NCBI GenBank assembly: GCA_009914755.4
Contig: CP068257.2
Location: 42,784,001 to 42,848,000, forward strand
From: the human T2T-CHM13v2.0 reference genome, Homo sapiens
DNA length: 64,000 nucleotides
Direction: 5' to 3'
Under the pieces are notes generated by a model. The model did no database searches and had not been told where the DNA came from. It saw nothing but the letters and a program-made list of their open reading frames with translations. Every line of letters begins with the position of its first letter. The stretch's first letter is position 1. The position numbers and the translations under genes were made by a program. This document shows positions 51,640-63,221 of this stretch, in pieces.

Positions 51640-52530
51640 AACAAACAAAAAAAACTAGTTAAGAGTTGGTCACAGCCGACACCAGGAAAAGGCAGTCTTC
51701 CAATAGACAGAAAGCACCGCACCTGAAGCTGGTGATCTGCAGCTTCCCAGTAAGACCTCAGGAGTTGGGCGAGTGGGTTCAAGCACATTAAGAAGCAAAG
51801 TGGTGAAGTTTAACTGGTATGTGACCTTCCGCTGGAATGCTCAGCTGGCAAGGGAAGAGCACCTCAAGTGAGCATGTGTACAATTTCAGGGCACACATTG
51901 TGCACGCAGCCCCTCCCACATGCTGGCAGGCCACGGCGCGCGTGACAGCCCACCCCAAGGGAAGAATCACAGGAGAAGAGACGCAGACCCCGGAACCATG
52001 CCAATGTATAAAAACCCAAGTCAAAAGTCAAACTGTGCACTTGAATCTTCCAAGTCGCCCACTTGACCCTCTTCCAAGTGTACTTTACTTCCTTTTGTTC
52101 CTACTCTAAAACTGTTTAATCAACTTTCACTTGTGCTCTAAAACTTGCCTCAGCCCCTCACTCTGCCTTATGCCCCTCAGACGAGTTATTTCCTTTGAGG
52201 AGGGAGGAATTGAGTTACTTCAGGCCCGGATGGATCCACCGCTGCTGACGTACTTTGGTGCTGACGTACTTTGGTGCCGTGACTCGGATACATTCCCTAG
52301 AGGTAAGAGATCTCTACGCTTTGCCTTCATGAATATTCCTCTTGCTTCCTCCCACTTCCTCCCATAGCCAAGGGATTGTCCCATCTGCTTAAGCATTTGT
52401 TCTTCATGTTACCCCGGGAGGACGAGGAACCCCAAATACAAATCTTCCTCCATTTCTCTAATCACTTCCATGCTCTTCTCAATATGCACCAAGACCTTCA
52501 AGGTCATATCTGAAGGGAGGGGAGTCCGAC
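51640..52530 (+). mobile_element. class I ERV (HERV-H-like) 5' LTR + primer-binding site + leader fragment
   Basis: It shows LTR features: tataaaaacc, a later ctaaaactgtttaatcaac, and a terminal …ca. Immediately after the LTR sits an 18-nt tRNA-His PBS TGGTGCCGTGACTCGGAT (52263-52280), preceded by a partial duplication gctgacgtactttggtgctgacgtactttggtgcc. Confidence 0.6.
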
Positions 52531-52570
52531 CCCCTGTGGCAATTAGCCAAAAAAAAAAAAAAAGGCTTCT

Positions 52571-52914
52571 GATATGGTTTAATCTCATCTTAAATTGTAA
52601 TGCCCACATGTTAAGAACGAGACCTGGTGGGAGGTGATTGGATTGTGAAGCAGTCTCCCCAGGCTGTTCTTGTGATGGTGAGTGAGTTCTCATGAGATCT
52701 GATGGTTTAAAAGTGATTGGCAGTTCCTCCCTTGCTCTCTCTCTCCTGCCACCCTGCAAGCTGTGCCTTGCTTCCCCTTCACGTTCTGCCATGATTGTAA
52801 GTTTCCTGAGGCCTCCCCAGTCATGAAGAACTGTGAGTCAATTAAACCTCCTTTTTAAATAAATGACCCAGTCTCAGGCATTCTTTATAGCAGTGTGAAA
52901 ATAGACTAATACAG
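52571..52914 (+). mobile_element. THE1-family MaLR solo LTR
   Basis: tgatatggtttaatctcatcttaaattgtaatgcccac…gagatctgatggtttaaaag…gccatgattgtaagtttcctgaggcctccccag…cagtctcaggcattctttatagcagtgtgaaaatagactaatacag is collinear with the THE1 consensus. Confidence 0.88.
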
Positions 52915-52939
52915 CTCCTCATCTCCTTCAAGAACATGG

Positions 52940-54060
52940 GAACTGGGAATCCGAGAAGAGATACCACCTTGTTGCTAGCATGCTCCAAGTGAGAGTCACT
53001 ATCAGGTCATGGAGATGAGGATATAGGATGGCCCAAGGCCGCAGGTGCAAGAGACCCATAGGACAGAGATGAAGGTTTTTCCCAGGCTATCAGATTACCA
53101 TTAGAACAGAGATGAAGGCAAGGTGAGGGGTACACAGACCAGTTCATTCCACAACCCCAAGGATGAACACGGGGCCCCCTGTTCATTCTGGCATCTTCCT
53201 TGTTCTCATGCGGGTAATTGTGACAAAATGGGACCAAGGTTAAGGGTACGTCGTAAAATGGGTTCATTCTGGAACCCTAAGGATGAATGGGGGTGCCCTG
53301 TTCAGGAAAGGATAATAAGGAAATAACAGGGGACTCCTTCTTTTTCCTTTTTTTTCCTCCTCTGTTCTCTCTGGATAATCACATCTCTATACCACAGGAC
53401 ACACCCCTTAAATGCATCCCCAAGAACTGGGAAAAATTTGATCCTCCAAAGCTTAAAACAAAAAACTCACTTTCCTTTGTAATAAAAAGGAACTGGGAGA
53501 AAATTACAAGAGTCAACCTTAGAACCCAGTGTCCCTATGCAGAAAAATCCTCAAATTAGCCTCCTCAGTTGTTTATAACTGAGAGCAGAATAAGGAGGAC
53601 AGGGCTAAGGAGAAGGAGAAACGCAGGGACAAGAGGCAGGCTCAACTATTGGCTGTTTTACAAGCCCTCCCGCCCCTCCAGGTTGCCCTCAGAACACCCT
53701 CCCAGGTAACTGCCATCGCTGCGGGAAGCCAGGCCACTGGAAGGCAGACTGCATCAGTCGGACAAATGGGAGGAAGCTCCACACAGCTGGCCCCCTCCGC
53801 CACACTCAGCCAGTGGAACAGGACTGCCCTGAGGGCTGAAGGGCCCTGGGACAGATTCTCAACCCCTGATGACTTTCAGCTGAAGGAACTGTCTGCACAG
53901 CTGGCCTCCAAGTCAGACATCGTATAAATTAACAAATTTCCTTGTCAATTGTGTCTAACTGCGGCTGCCCCAAGACTTATCATACACAGACAATTGTTGC
54001 TTCATTTTAATCCCCTTTAAAAGATGGTTTTATAATCAATATAGGACTCTAATAACAGGT
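52940..54060 (+). mobile_element. ERV internal (gag) fragment including a nucleocapsid CCHC zinc knuckle
   Basis: One frame around 53705-53760 reads …GNCHRCGKPGHWKADCISRTNG…, a C-X2-C-X4-H-X4-C motif. Confidence 0.55.
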
Positions 54061-54079
54061 GCTCTTAAGTCACCTGCCC

Positions 54080-54400
54080 CAGAGGGGAGGCTTGAGTGAC
54101 ACCTGGAGCTCCTGCACCATGGGGGAGACATGAGTGACACCTGAGCACCTGTATCTTGTAGGAGGTCTGGGTGTGACGTGAGCCCCTGCAGCAGAGGGGA
54201 GGCTTCAGGAACACCTGGAGCACCGGCATCTCACAGGAAGGAGGCTTGGGTGTGACCTGAGCACCTGCACCACGGGAGAGGCTTGGGTAGTGTGTGGACA
54301 CCTAGACCACAGGGAGGCCTGGGAACTGCCTGAGCACCTGCACCACGGGAGAGGCTTGGGTGACACTTGGGCACCTGCACCCAACACAGGTAGCAGTGAT
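54080..54400. repeat. ~5 tandem copies of a ~60-bp unit (gcacctgcaccacgggagaggcttgggtgacac…)
   Basis: Direct repeats within ERV-derived sequence. Confidence 0.7.
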
Positions 54401-55529
54401 CACAGTGAAAACATTTTGTTAGCAGTCGTCTGCTTCCTGTCCTGGCATGAGCAGCAACGGGTAAAGGGCACTCTTGTCAGCTGAGGGGATGAGTGGGGCT
54501 CTGCCCAGCTGGTTGGAGACTCCAGCAGGTTTGCAGGAGGAGACGGAAGAGCAAGGAGTGGAGGCAAAAACTGCTGCCAAGATCCTGTGGGAAAACAGGA
54601 ACCCAAAGAAGGAACTCCAATGGGAAACTAATTTAGACAACAATGATCTTAAAGTTTTTGCTCCTTCGAGACTGTTGAAAAGAACTCCCACGAGTGAACA
54701 AAAGACGCCTGGCCGAGGACACTCCAGAGTGCTGTCACGAGGGTTCCCTGCAGTTTTCAGAAACTTGGAGCATGTGGCCACAGCGGCTTGCACGTGATTC
54801 ATACGGCACATCTTGTCACCATGTAAATGTTTATCAGCAGAGACAAAGACCAGAAGAGCAACCTTGGAAAGAGCTAAATATTCCGATGTTCCAGCATTTT
54901 CCCCTCTGGTTTGTATTGTGAATTTTTAAAATCTCGATTGACAAGTTCTGGTGTTTTTAGTTTTGTTTCCACCCAGCAGTGCTGGTGCCCTTTGATTGTA
55001 AACAGAGCAGAGTGCACCGGGTGGGAGTGCATGTGGCTCCCTGCGTGTGCCTGGGTGCTGGCAGCACCTTGTCTGCCTCCTTCCTCCCTGGCGCCAGCTC
55101 CTGACGCAATCAGAGGCCCAGTGACACCCACAGCACAGGGAGGAAGTGCGTGGATGTCCAGGTCCCTCCACGGAGCACAGCTGTGTAGCTTCAGGTGCTC
55201 AGGGAGGATGCCCCATTCACTCCTCCCTCATGGGTAAACTGAGGCACAGGGATGGGGAACTGGCCAGTGGGACTAAACACAAGATGTCCTGACTCCTGTG
55301 TGGGACTGTTGCCTCTTTGGGCCTTGCATTCATCAGGGCTCAGCAAGGAAACAGAGCCACTAGGATGTGTGGAGAGGAGCAGAGACTTTGCACGAGGCAT
55401 TGGCTCCTGTGCGGTGTGGGCGGGCAGGCTCAGGACCCAGAAGAGCCCATGGTGCAGGCCAAGCCCAAAGGCAGGCTGCAGGAGAAGGCCTTCTGGCCCA
55501 GGGGGGCCAGCCTTCTTACTCTATTTTGG

Positions 55530-56600
55530 CCTTCAACTGATTGGAGGAGTGTAGGGACCAGCCCCACAGGGTTGGTGGGTCTCTCCCTGTGTGCAGCGAC
55601 GAGAGAGTGTAGAAATAAAGACACAAGACAAAGAGATAAGAGAAAAGGCAGCTGGGCCCGGGGGACCACTACCACCAATGCACAGAGACCAGTAGTGGCC
55701 CCGAATGCCAGGCTGCGCTGTTATTTATTGGATACAAGGCAGAAGGGGCAGGGTAAAGAATGTGAGTCACCTCCAATGATAGGTAAGGTCATGTGGGTCA
55801 CGTGTCCACTGGATGGGGGGCCCTTCCCTGCCTGGCAGCCGAGGCAGAGAAGGAGAGGAGACAGAGAGAAAGACAGCTTACGCCATTATTTCTGCATATC
55901 AGGGACTATTAGTACTTTCACTAATTGACTACTGCTATCTAGAAGGCAGAGCCAGGTGTACAGGATGGAACATGAAGGCAGACTAGGAGCATGACCACTG
56001 AAGCACAGCATCACAGGGAGACGGTTAGGCCTCCGGATAACTGTGGGCGAGTCTGACTCATGTCAGGCCCTCCACAAGAGGTGGAGGAGCAGAGTCTTCT
56101 CTAAACTCCCCCGGGGAAAGGGAGACCACCCCGCCCCCCTGCCGCTTTCCCGGTCTGCTAAGTAGCGGGTGTTGTTCCTTGACACCTTTTGCTACCGCTG
56201 GACCACGGTCCACCTGGTAACAGGCATCTTCCCAGACGCTGGCGTCACCGCTAGACCAAGGAGCCCTCTGGTGGCCCTGTCCGGGCATAACAGAAGGCTC
56301 ACACTCCTGTCTTCCGGTCACACTTCACTGTGTCCCCTCAGCTCCTATCTCTGTATGGCCTGGTTTTTCCTAGGCTATGATTATAGAGCGAGGATTATTA
56401 TAATATTGGAATAAAAAGTAATTGCTACAAACTAATGATTAATGATATTCATGTATAATCATATCTAAGATCTATATCTGGTACAACTATTCTTGTTTTA
56501 TATTTTATTATACTGGAACAGCTCGTGTCCTCTGTCTCTTGCCTTGGCGCCTGGGTGGCTTGCCGCCCACAGATGAGGCCCACCCACCTGCTTTACCCGA
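55530..56600 (-). mobile_element. ERV LTR-like element (family unassigned)
   Basis: The reverse complement contains …ccaataaataacagcgcagcctggcattcggggccactactggtctctgtgcattggtgg…, a typical U3-R-U5 polyadenylation and R architecture. It lies next to other ERV pieces. Confidence 0.35.
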
Positions 56601-57649
56601 AGTTCACAGATTTAAAAATTAATCTCATCCAAAAACACACGCCAAATTGACCCATGAAGTTAACCATCACAGCTATCAGGTGGGGCTCTCAGAGGTCCCC
56701 ACAGCGCGCCTGACCTGGGTGGTTTCTCCCCTTCTCCCCGTCTGGCCACCTTGCCTCTGAGGGTACTTCCGGGGGCTCTGCCAGCAGGTGTACCCCAGGA
56801 TGACCAGCCTGCCCTGCCTGAAGCTGCCTCCCCACAGGCCCGGCCAGGTCCCTGATGGTCTCTGCACTTCCTCCAGTCACCCCTATCCTTCCTGGCCCCG
56901 CAGGCCCCACCTGCAACCCCAGTGAAATCTGAGCACCCCAGCCCTGAGAGGTGTGGCTGCTCCTCCATGGGTGGGGTTGGCAGATGGAGCTGATAAAAAT
57001 GCAGGCTGGCCAGTTACATCTGGATTTCAGATCGATAGCTGTCTTTCAGTGTAAGTACGTCCCGTGTAACATTTGGGATATACTTACACTAAAAAATGTA
57101 TTCATTGTTTATCTGAAATTCAGATTTCACCAGGCACCCTGCATGTTTATGTGGCATCCTCGGCCCCACCTCTCCTGAGGCCAGCAACTCCAGGCCAGAC
57201 ACACTGGAGCCCCTGGCTGCCCAGGGCCGGCCAAGGAGAGGCAAGGGCAGGGCCAGGCCTCAGGGATGGCGACAGCAGGGATGTGTGGGGGTGGGGGTCT
57301 CTGCTGCAGGCTGGGCTGGGCTTGGCACATCCCCATGCTCCACGCGCATGCAGGGGCGATGGGGGCGGCCTCTGAGGTCATGGAATTCCCTGGGCTCTCC
57401 TGGCCTCTGGGGCTCCTCATGCTCACAGGTTCTCTGGCCTGGCCCCTTGGCCCTGCTTTTCTGGCTCCCTGAGGAGGCTGTGACAGGTCAGCACCCACCA
57501 GCCCTCTCAGGGCTCCTGGTTACCTACTGGCCTGAAGGAGGCTCTGGAAAAATCAAAGCTTTTAGAAACTAGGAGGGTCTGGTTAGTCTTAAAATCCCAG
57601 ATGTGGACCTGCACCGAGAAGGAACAGGCTGGGAGTGGTCACTGCATTA

Positions 57650-57882
57650 GTCCATTTTCACACTGCTGTGAAGAACTGCTTGAGACTGGGTAATTTAGAA
57701 AGGAAAGAGCTTTAATTGACTCACAGCTCAGCATGGTTGGAAAGGCCCCAGGGACACTCACAATCCCGGTGGAAGGGGAAGCAAGGCACCTTCTTCAGAA
57801 GGCGGCAGGAAAGAGAAGCAACGCAGGAGGAGCTACTGAGCATGTATGAAACCACCAGGTCTCCTGAGAGCTCACTGTCACA
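57650..57882 (-). mobile_element. MaLR (THE1/MST-like) LTR 3' portion, parent of the adjacent 62-bp tandem array
   Basis: ttcacactgctgtgaagaactgcttgagactgggtaatttagaaaggaaagagctttaattgactcacagctcagcatgg…ctcactgtcacaagaacagcatgggg is the reverse complement of the MaLR LTR consensus. Confidence 0.7.
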
Positions 57883-58560
57883 AGAACAGCATGGGGGGAC
57901 CACCCCATCATCCAGTCACCTCCACCTGGTCTCTCCCGTGCATGGGAACAGCATGGGGGGACCACCCCATCATCCAGTCACCTCCACCTGGTCTCTCCCG
58001 TGCATGGGAACAGCATGGGGGGACCACCCCATCATCCAGTCTCCTCCACCTGGTCTCTCCCGTGCATGGGAACAGCATGGGGGGACCACCCCATCATCCA
58101 GTCACCTCCACCTGGTCTCTCCCGTGCATGGGAACAGCATGGGGGGACCACCCCATCATCCAGTCACCTCCACCTGGTCACTCTCGTGCATGAGAACAGC
58201 ATGGGGGGACCACCCCATCATCCAGTCACCTCCACCTGGTCTCTCCCGTGCATGAGAACAGCATGGGGGGACCACCCCATCATCCAGTCACCTCCACCTG
58301 GTCTCTCCCGTGCATGAGAACAGCATGGGGGGACCACCCCATCATCCAGTCACCTCCACCTGGTCTCTCCCGTGCATGGGAACAGCATGGGGGGACCACC
58401 CCATCATCCAGTCACCTCCACCTGGTCTCTCCCGTGCATGGGAACAGCATGGGGGGACCACCCCACCATCCAGTCACCTCCACCTGGTCTCTCCCGTGCA
58501 TGAAAACAGCATGGGGGGACCACCCCATCATCCATTCACCTCCACCTGGTCTCTCCTGTG
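57883..58560. repeat. minisatellite: ~11 tandem copies of a 62-bp unit gaacagcatggggggaccaccccatcatccagtcacctccacctggtctctcccgtgcatgg derived from a MaLR LTR segment
   Basis: The copies are near-identical and head to tail. The array is bounded by the remaining LTR sequence: …gggattatggggcttacaattcaagatgagacacagctg follows it at 58565-58610. Confidence 0.9.
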
Positions 58561-59469
58561 ACACATGAGGATTATGGGGATTATGGGGCTTACAATTCAA
58601 GATGAGACACAGCTGCTTCTTCCTTTGTTCTTCCTTTCCACACTTCTGGGGTTAATAAGCGCTGTGCTTTGTTATATAGCTGATAAAACAGTCAAAGGCC
58701 TAAGCTATTGTCAAAAACAGTATAATGCCACTAGCTTTTGAGTGTGTATGTCAAAATCTGTTTTTCTGTATCTAACTTTTCTTACTTCCTTTTGCAAAGG
58801 GAACCTGCTTAGCCTGATAGTGATAGTGATAGTGTCATACTTACGGGAAGCCAGCTCCCTCGACTTTTTCGTTTTTATCCCTCTATTTTTCTCGGGCTGG
58901 AGGGCATTGACACATTCATTTATTTATTTCTCAGAAAAGGCAACAGAGGTTCAGGGAGGCTAATGACTTGCCCAAGTTCACATTGCTAACCTACAACAGG
59001 GCTGAAGGGGATCATGTCTACGGTGGTCCATTTCCAAGACAAAGTGCCTTGAATCGGCTTAGGTCTGCAAAATACAGAAGAAACAGGATATCCCAGGCCC
59101 CTGCTCAGACAGCCGATGCCTGCTTATCGGGATCCCCCTTAGTTGCCCTCACCTGAACCAAAGAAGTTTAGTCTAAGATAAAAGTTTACCAGTCTGCAAA
59201 ATAGCTGGCTTTGTCTGTTCTTATCAGCCTGCCAGCTACGTAGGTCATAAGTCAAATATTTAAAGAGCCCCAGGGCTAACTAGGATTGCAATGCACTGTG
59301 GGCTGCAACAAAATGCAGCAAGACAACCCTAAAAAGACACCTACAGCCCCTGCCCAACAACCAATAGGTGACATCTGGGAAGACTGTGACCCCATAGTGC
59401 TCAGCCTATGAGGAACTGGGGGAGGGACCTGCACACTAAGGGATAAAGTGCTTGTTAAAACCATGCTGG

Positions 59470-59781
59470 AGGCTGGTGCAGTGGCTCACGCCTGTAATCC
59501 CAGCACTTTAGGAGGCCGACGTGAGGCAGGCGGATCACTTGGGGTCAGGAGTTTGACACCAGCCTGGCCAACCTGGTAAAACCCCATCTCTATTGAAAAC
59601 ACGAAAATTAGCCAGGCGTGGTGGTGAGTGCCTGTGATCCCAGCTACTCAGGAGGCTGAGGCAGGAGGATCACTTGGACTCGGGAGGCAGAGTTACAGTG
59701 AGCCGAGATCCTGCCACCGCACTCCAGCCTGGGCGACAGAGAAAGACCCCATCTCAAAACAACAGCAACAACAACAAAACC
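59470..59781 (+). mobile_element. Alu
   Basis: Alu consensus with an (ACA)n/A-rich tail. Confidence 0.9.
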
Positions 59782-60124
59782 GGGCTGGGCGTGCCTTCCC
59801 ATCGGACACCCGACCTCGCAAGACTGTCATTAAAAGTCTCACTCTCGCTGTTCTCTGGGTTGTGAGTCCATTCTCTGGGTGTGGACAGGTGAGTTTGTTT
59901 CTCACAAGGTCCAGGACTTGAACTCAGGCCATGAGACCGGGCCAGGGTTGTGAGCAAAAGTGCAGCTCGTTGCGGTGCCTCCCTCGGCACCAGTGGGAGG
60001 GGAGAGGACCCTGGGGCTCGTCAGCCTGGACACGCCAGCGCTCTCAGCCGTCTCACTCAGTCCCACGAGCCCACACAGTGGCTGCCCTCAAAGGGACTTT
60101 GGAGACCACCCAGTCTTTCTTCCC

Positions 60125-60260
60125 AGTTTACAGACCCAGAGACTCGGGCCCAGAGAAGACAAGTGACTTTGAACAAAGCAAATTAGTGGCAATGCCCAGA
60201 CTTGAACCGAGATTGGCAGAGCTTGGTGGTCTGCCACAAACCACCCTCCCCCACAGCAGG
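60125..60260. mobile_element. MIR fragment
   Basis: cagtttacagacccagagactcgggcccagagaagacaagtgactttgaacaaagcaaattagtggcaatgcccagacttgaaccgagattggcagagc matches the MIR core. Confidence 0.7.
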
Positions 60261-60774
60261 TGCGGGTGGGGGGCTCCGTTCTTCCGGTCACCACAGCATG
60301 TTACAGGTTTCTGCATCAGTGCGCCTCCTCTTAGGAAGAAACATCTCTGGGCTGGGATGGCTAGCTCCCCGCTTTCAGCCATGTAGAATTTCTCTTGGCA
60401 TTTTAGTTAGAAGTGTTGTCTAGATTTCTTAAGTGTCTGAGGCTGCCCTGGCCACAGGGATGAGTTAGGGAAAATTACCGTTTCCCATGTGCGTGTGTGA
60501 AGCTCTCCATGCTCACTGAAGTCAGAGTGAGAAGCAGCAAACACGTCATCGGGAGGGTGGCCAGCAAGGCTGTGTCCTTTCACACGTCCTCAGATCATCC
60601 TTGAATCCACCCACATTCCAAATTCATTCTCAAAAATGAGATTCCAAATTTCAGGATCTATTTACAGCCAGACGATTTTGGTGCCCCCTGCTCAAAAGCT
60701 TTGATTACTCCTGTGCTTAATTAAGTCACAAATCCCTGGCCCATCATCCAAGACCACTTGTGATGTGGTTAAAC

Positions 60775-60862
60775 CTACCTCTGTGAGTGCTAGTAAATCT
60801 ACCTCTACTAGTACTAGTAAATCTACCTCTGCTAGCGCTAGTAAATTTACCTCTACCAGTAC
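60775..60862. repeat. 3 copies of a 27-bp unit ctagtaaatctacctctactagtacta
   Basis: Direct repeats. Confidence 0.7.
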
Positions 60863-61249
60863 TGCCCCCCACTGTTTCCTTTTCAGGCATTCAGCTCAGT
60901 CTACGGCCCGCAGACAGATTTCCTAGAAATAACTGCTCCTACTTCTCAACTCTTAACAAAAAGGTCTCTGAAAAGGAATTTGGAGGAAACAGACTATTCC
61001 AGTGAATAGTGTACAAGCCTGGGAGATGCGGACTTTGGTGTAAAATGAAGGTGTGTTCAAAGAGCAAAGAGGGAGTTCGGGTTTTAGAGCAAAAAGCTCC
61101 TGCCCTGGGGTCCCCATTAGGTCCATGTAGGCAAATGAAGGATTGAAACGTGCTTAGTTCTGATTGGTTGGTACAGCTGGGCCCTGATGGGTTGGTTTCC
61201 AAGCCGCGAACCGGAAGTCTTTGTTAGCTGTTTCTTTCAAACAGTGGTG

Positions 61250-61445
61250 GGGGGCGTGAGGGGCGTGCGGGGCGTCGGGGGCGTGAGGGGCGTGCGGGGC
61301 GTGAGGGGCGTGAGGGGCGTGCGGGCGTGAGGGGCGTGAGGGGCGTGAGGGGCGTGAGGGGCGTGCGGGGCGTGAGGGGCGTGCGGGCGTGAGGGGCGTG
61401 CGGGGCGTGCGGGGCGTGCGGGGCGTGGGGGGCGTGCGGGCGGGG
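61250..61445. repeat. G-rich minisatellite, ~21 copies of 9-bp unit gtgaggggc/gtgcggggc
   Basis: Direct tandem repetition. Runs of G4 every 9 nt give it G-quadruplex potential on the + strand. Confidence 0.9.
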
Positions 61446-61559
61446 AGGAGGGTGGGGGCCGCTCTGGCTACAGTTTATCTTGGCACTAACAACGGGGACT
61501 GATTGGGCTTCGTTGTGAAAAGGGGGGCCCTGTGGTGCGTTTACAGAGTCTGAGAACAC

Positions 61560-63220
61560 AGAGTTCGTGGCCACTCCCTCACCCAGCCCTGGGCACCAGG
61601 TTATGTTTTAAATTTGAGCACCTCAGCCATGGGGAACCCCTTTTGTTTGTCAGCCAGGGCATAGTTTACCAATCCCAAATCTGTAATCTCTCTCTTAACA
61701 AATCACTTTCTACCCAAATACAGATCCTTAAGGGCAGGGCCTCTGGTTCATTTTTGTCATCTCCACCTAGCGGAGAGCGCGGCACACGGCAATGATACGG
61801 GAGTGCGGGGGAAGGGAAGAGTGTGGTCCCTTTAAATGATACAGAAGGGAGGTGCTGGGTAGAGGGGGGCGTGGTCCCCGGCTAGGGCTCCACCCCCCCG
61901 GACCTGGGTGAGGACAGGCACTTCTGCCTTCTTGCCCCAATGTTGCATTTTCCAAGACCACCCTGGCCCGCCATGCCCCCATTCTGAGCCTATAAAAACC
62001 CGAGACCCTAGCAGGGCAGAGGCAGAAACTGCTGGATGCTGAGAGGAACGCATCAGTGGAAGAAAACAAGCGGCTGGACGTGGAGAGGACGTCAAGGGAG
62101 CATGCCGGCGGAAGAGCACACCACAGACGCCGGCAGGCCACCGAGCGGCAGGACCAGGCGGAGTTTGGCCGGGGCAGTCGGAGGAGAGCTAGGCCACTAA
62201 GCAGCTCAACTCCAGGAGATAAACCATCTCCCTTGTGGCTCCTCCGTCGGCTGAGAGCTGCTTCCACTCAATAACACTTTGCACTCGTTCTCCAAGCCCC
62301 CGTGTGATCCGATTCTTCTGGTACACCCAGGCAAGAACCCAGGATACAGAAAGGCCTCGGTCCTTTCCACAAGTACCTCTACTTGAGGTACTCATTGACC
62401 TGGTTAACACAAGCTGCCTACAGACGCCAAAACTAAGGGCACCCTGGAACACAGGCTTCAGCTGTAAACATTCACCCCTGGGCACTGCCGTGGGGTGGGA
62501 GCCTGCCTGAGTGTATGCTCCCCTAGAGGTTTGAGCTGCGGGGCACTGAAGAAGTGAGCCACACTCCCATCGCACACTGCGAGGGGGACAAAGGAACTTT
62601 TCCTCTTTTAACTGGGGCCTCATCTGGAATCTCGGAAGGTGAATGTCTGCCTTCGAAAACCCTACCACCTGTCTTTCTTGTGGGTAAGAGGCTGTTTTCC
62701 TTTCATCTCTTTTTTCTCTCTCACACGGTTTAAAAATGGCTCTTATCTCCTTTATAATGTTAAGAGTTTTGCTACAGGCTGCGGCAATGTTACTAAGTAG
62801 AATGAGTATTTGGCTCAGCCGCCAAAGGTGCAAATCAGACCAATTTTTCCTAGAGGTGCCATGTATGCCTCTACCTCGAGAGCCGCAGGCACACACGGCT
62901 CTGGGCACCTCTCCTTATTCTTCCCCTTCCCAGCTCGGGCACCTGGGCGTGCCCACGGCAGGCAAAGGCCAAGCCCAACAGCCACGAACCGGGCGGGAGG
63001 AAGCCGAGGGGGTAGCCGGGACCCTACAGGGAGCGCGTTGGTCAAGTGTGCCAAGGGAACCTTTCCTCCCCTGGCCAAGGAATTCAACCTGGTCTGAACT
63101 GGGGAAAGGATGGGAAAGTTATAAGAATTAGAGGGACGCAGTTGCACTAAGCAAGGGGTTCTTCCCCCAGAATCTCCCCCCTTTTTGCCCCTTAAACTGT
63201 TTTTCTCCTTTTTCCTTTTT
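61560..63220 (+). mobile_element. probable ERV LTR/leader-like sequence (family unassigned)
   Basis: It contains tataaaaacccgagaccctagcagggc …ctcaataacactttgcactcgttctccaagcccccgtgtgatccgattcttctggtacacccaggcaagaacccagg, an LTR R/U5-like organisation. This is a low-confidence call. Confidence 0.3.
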
Positions 63221-63221
63221 T

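Noticed and set aside
57716-58568. ORFs of 179, 115, 105 and 106 aa with the repeated peptide MGGPPHHPVTSTWSLPCMGTAWGDHPIIQSPPPGLSRA
   Set aside because: This is a translation of the 62-bp MaLR-derived tandem repeat. 62 is not a multiple of 3, so three frames cycle. It is a repeat artefact.
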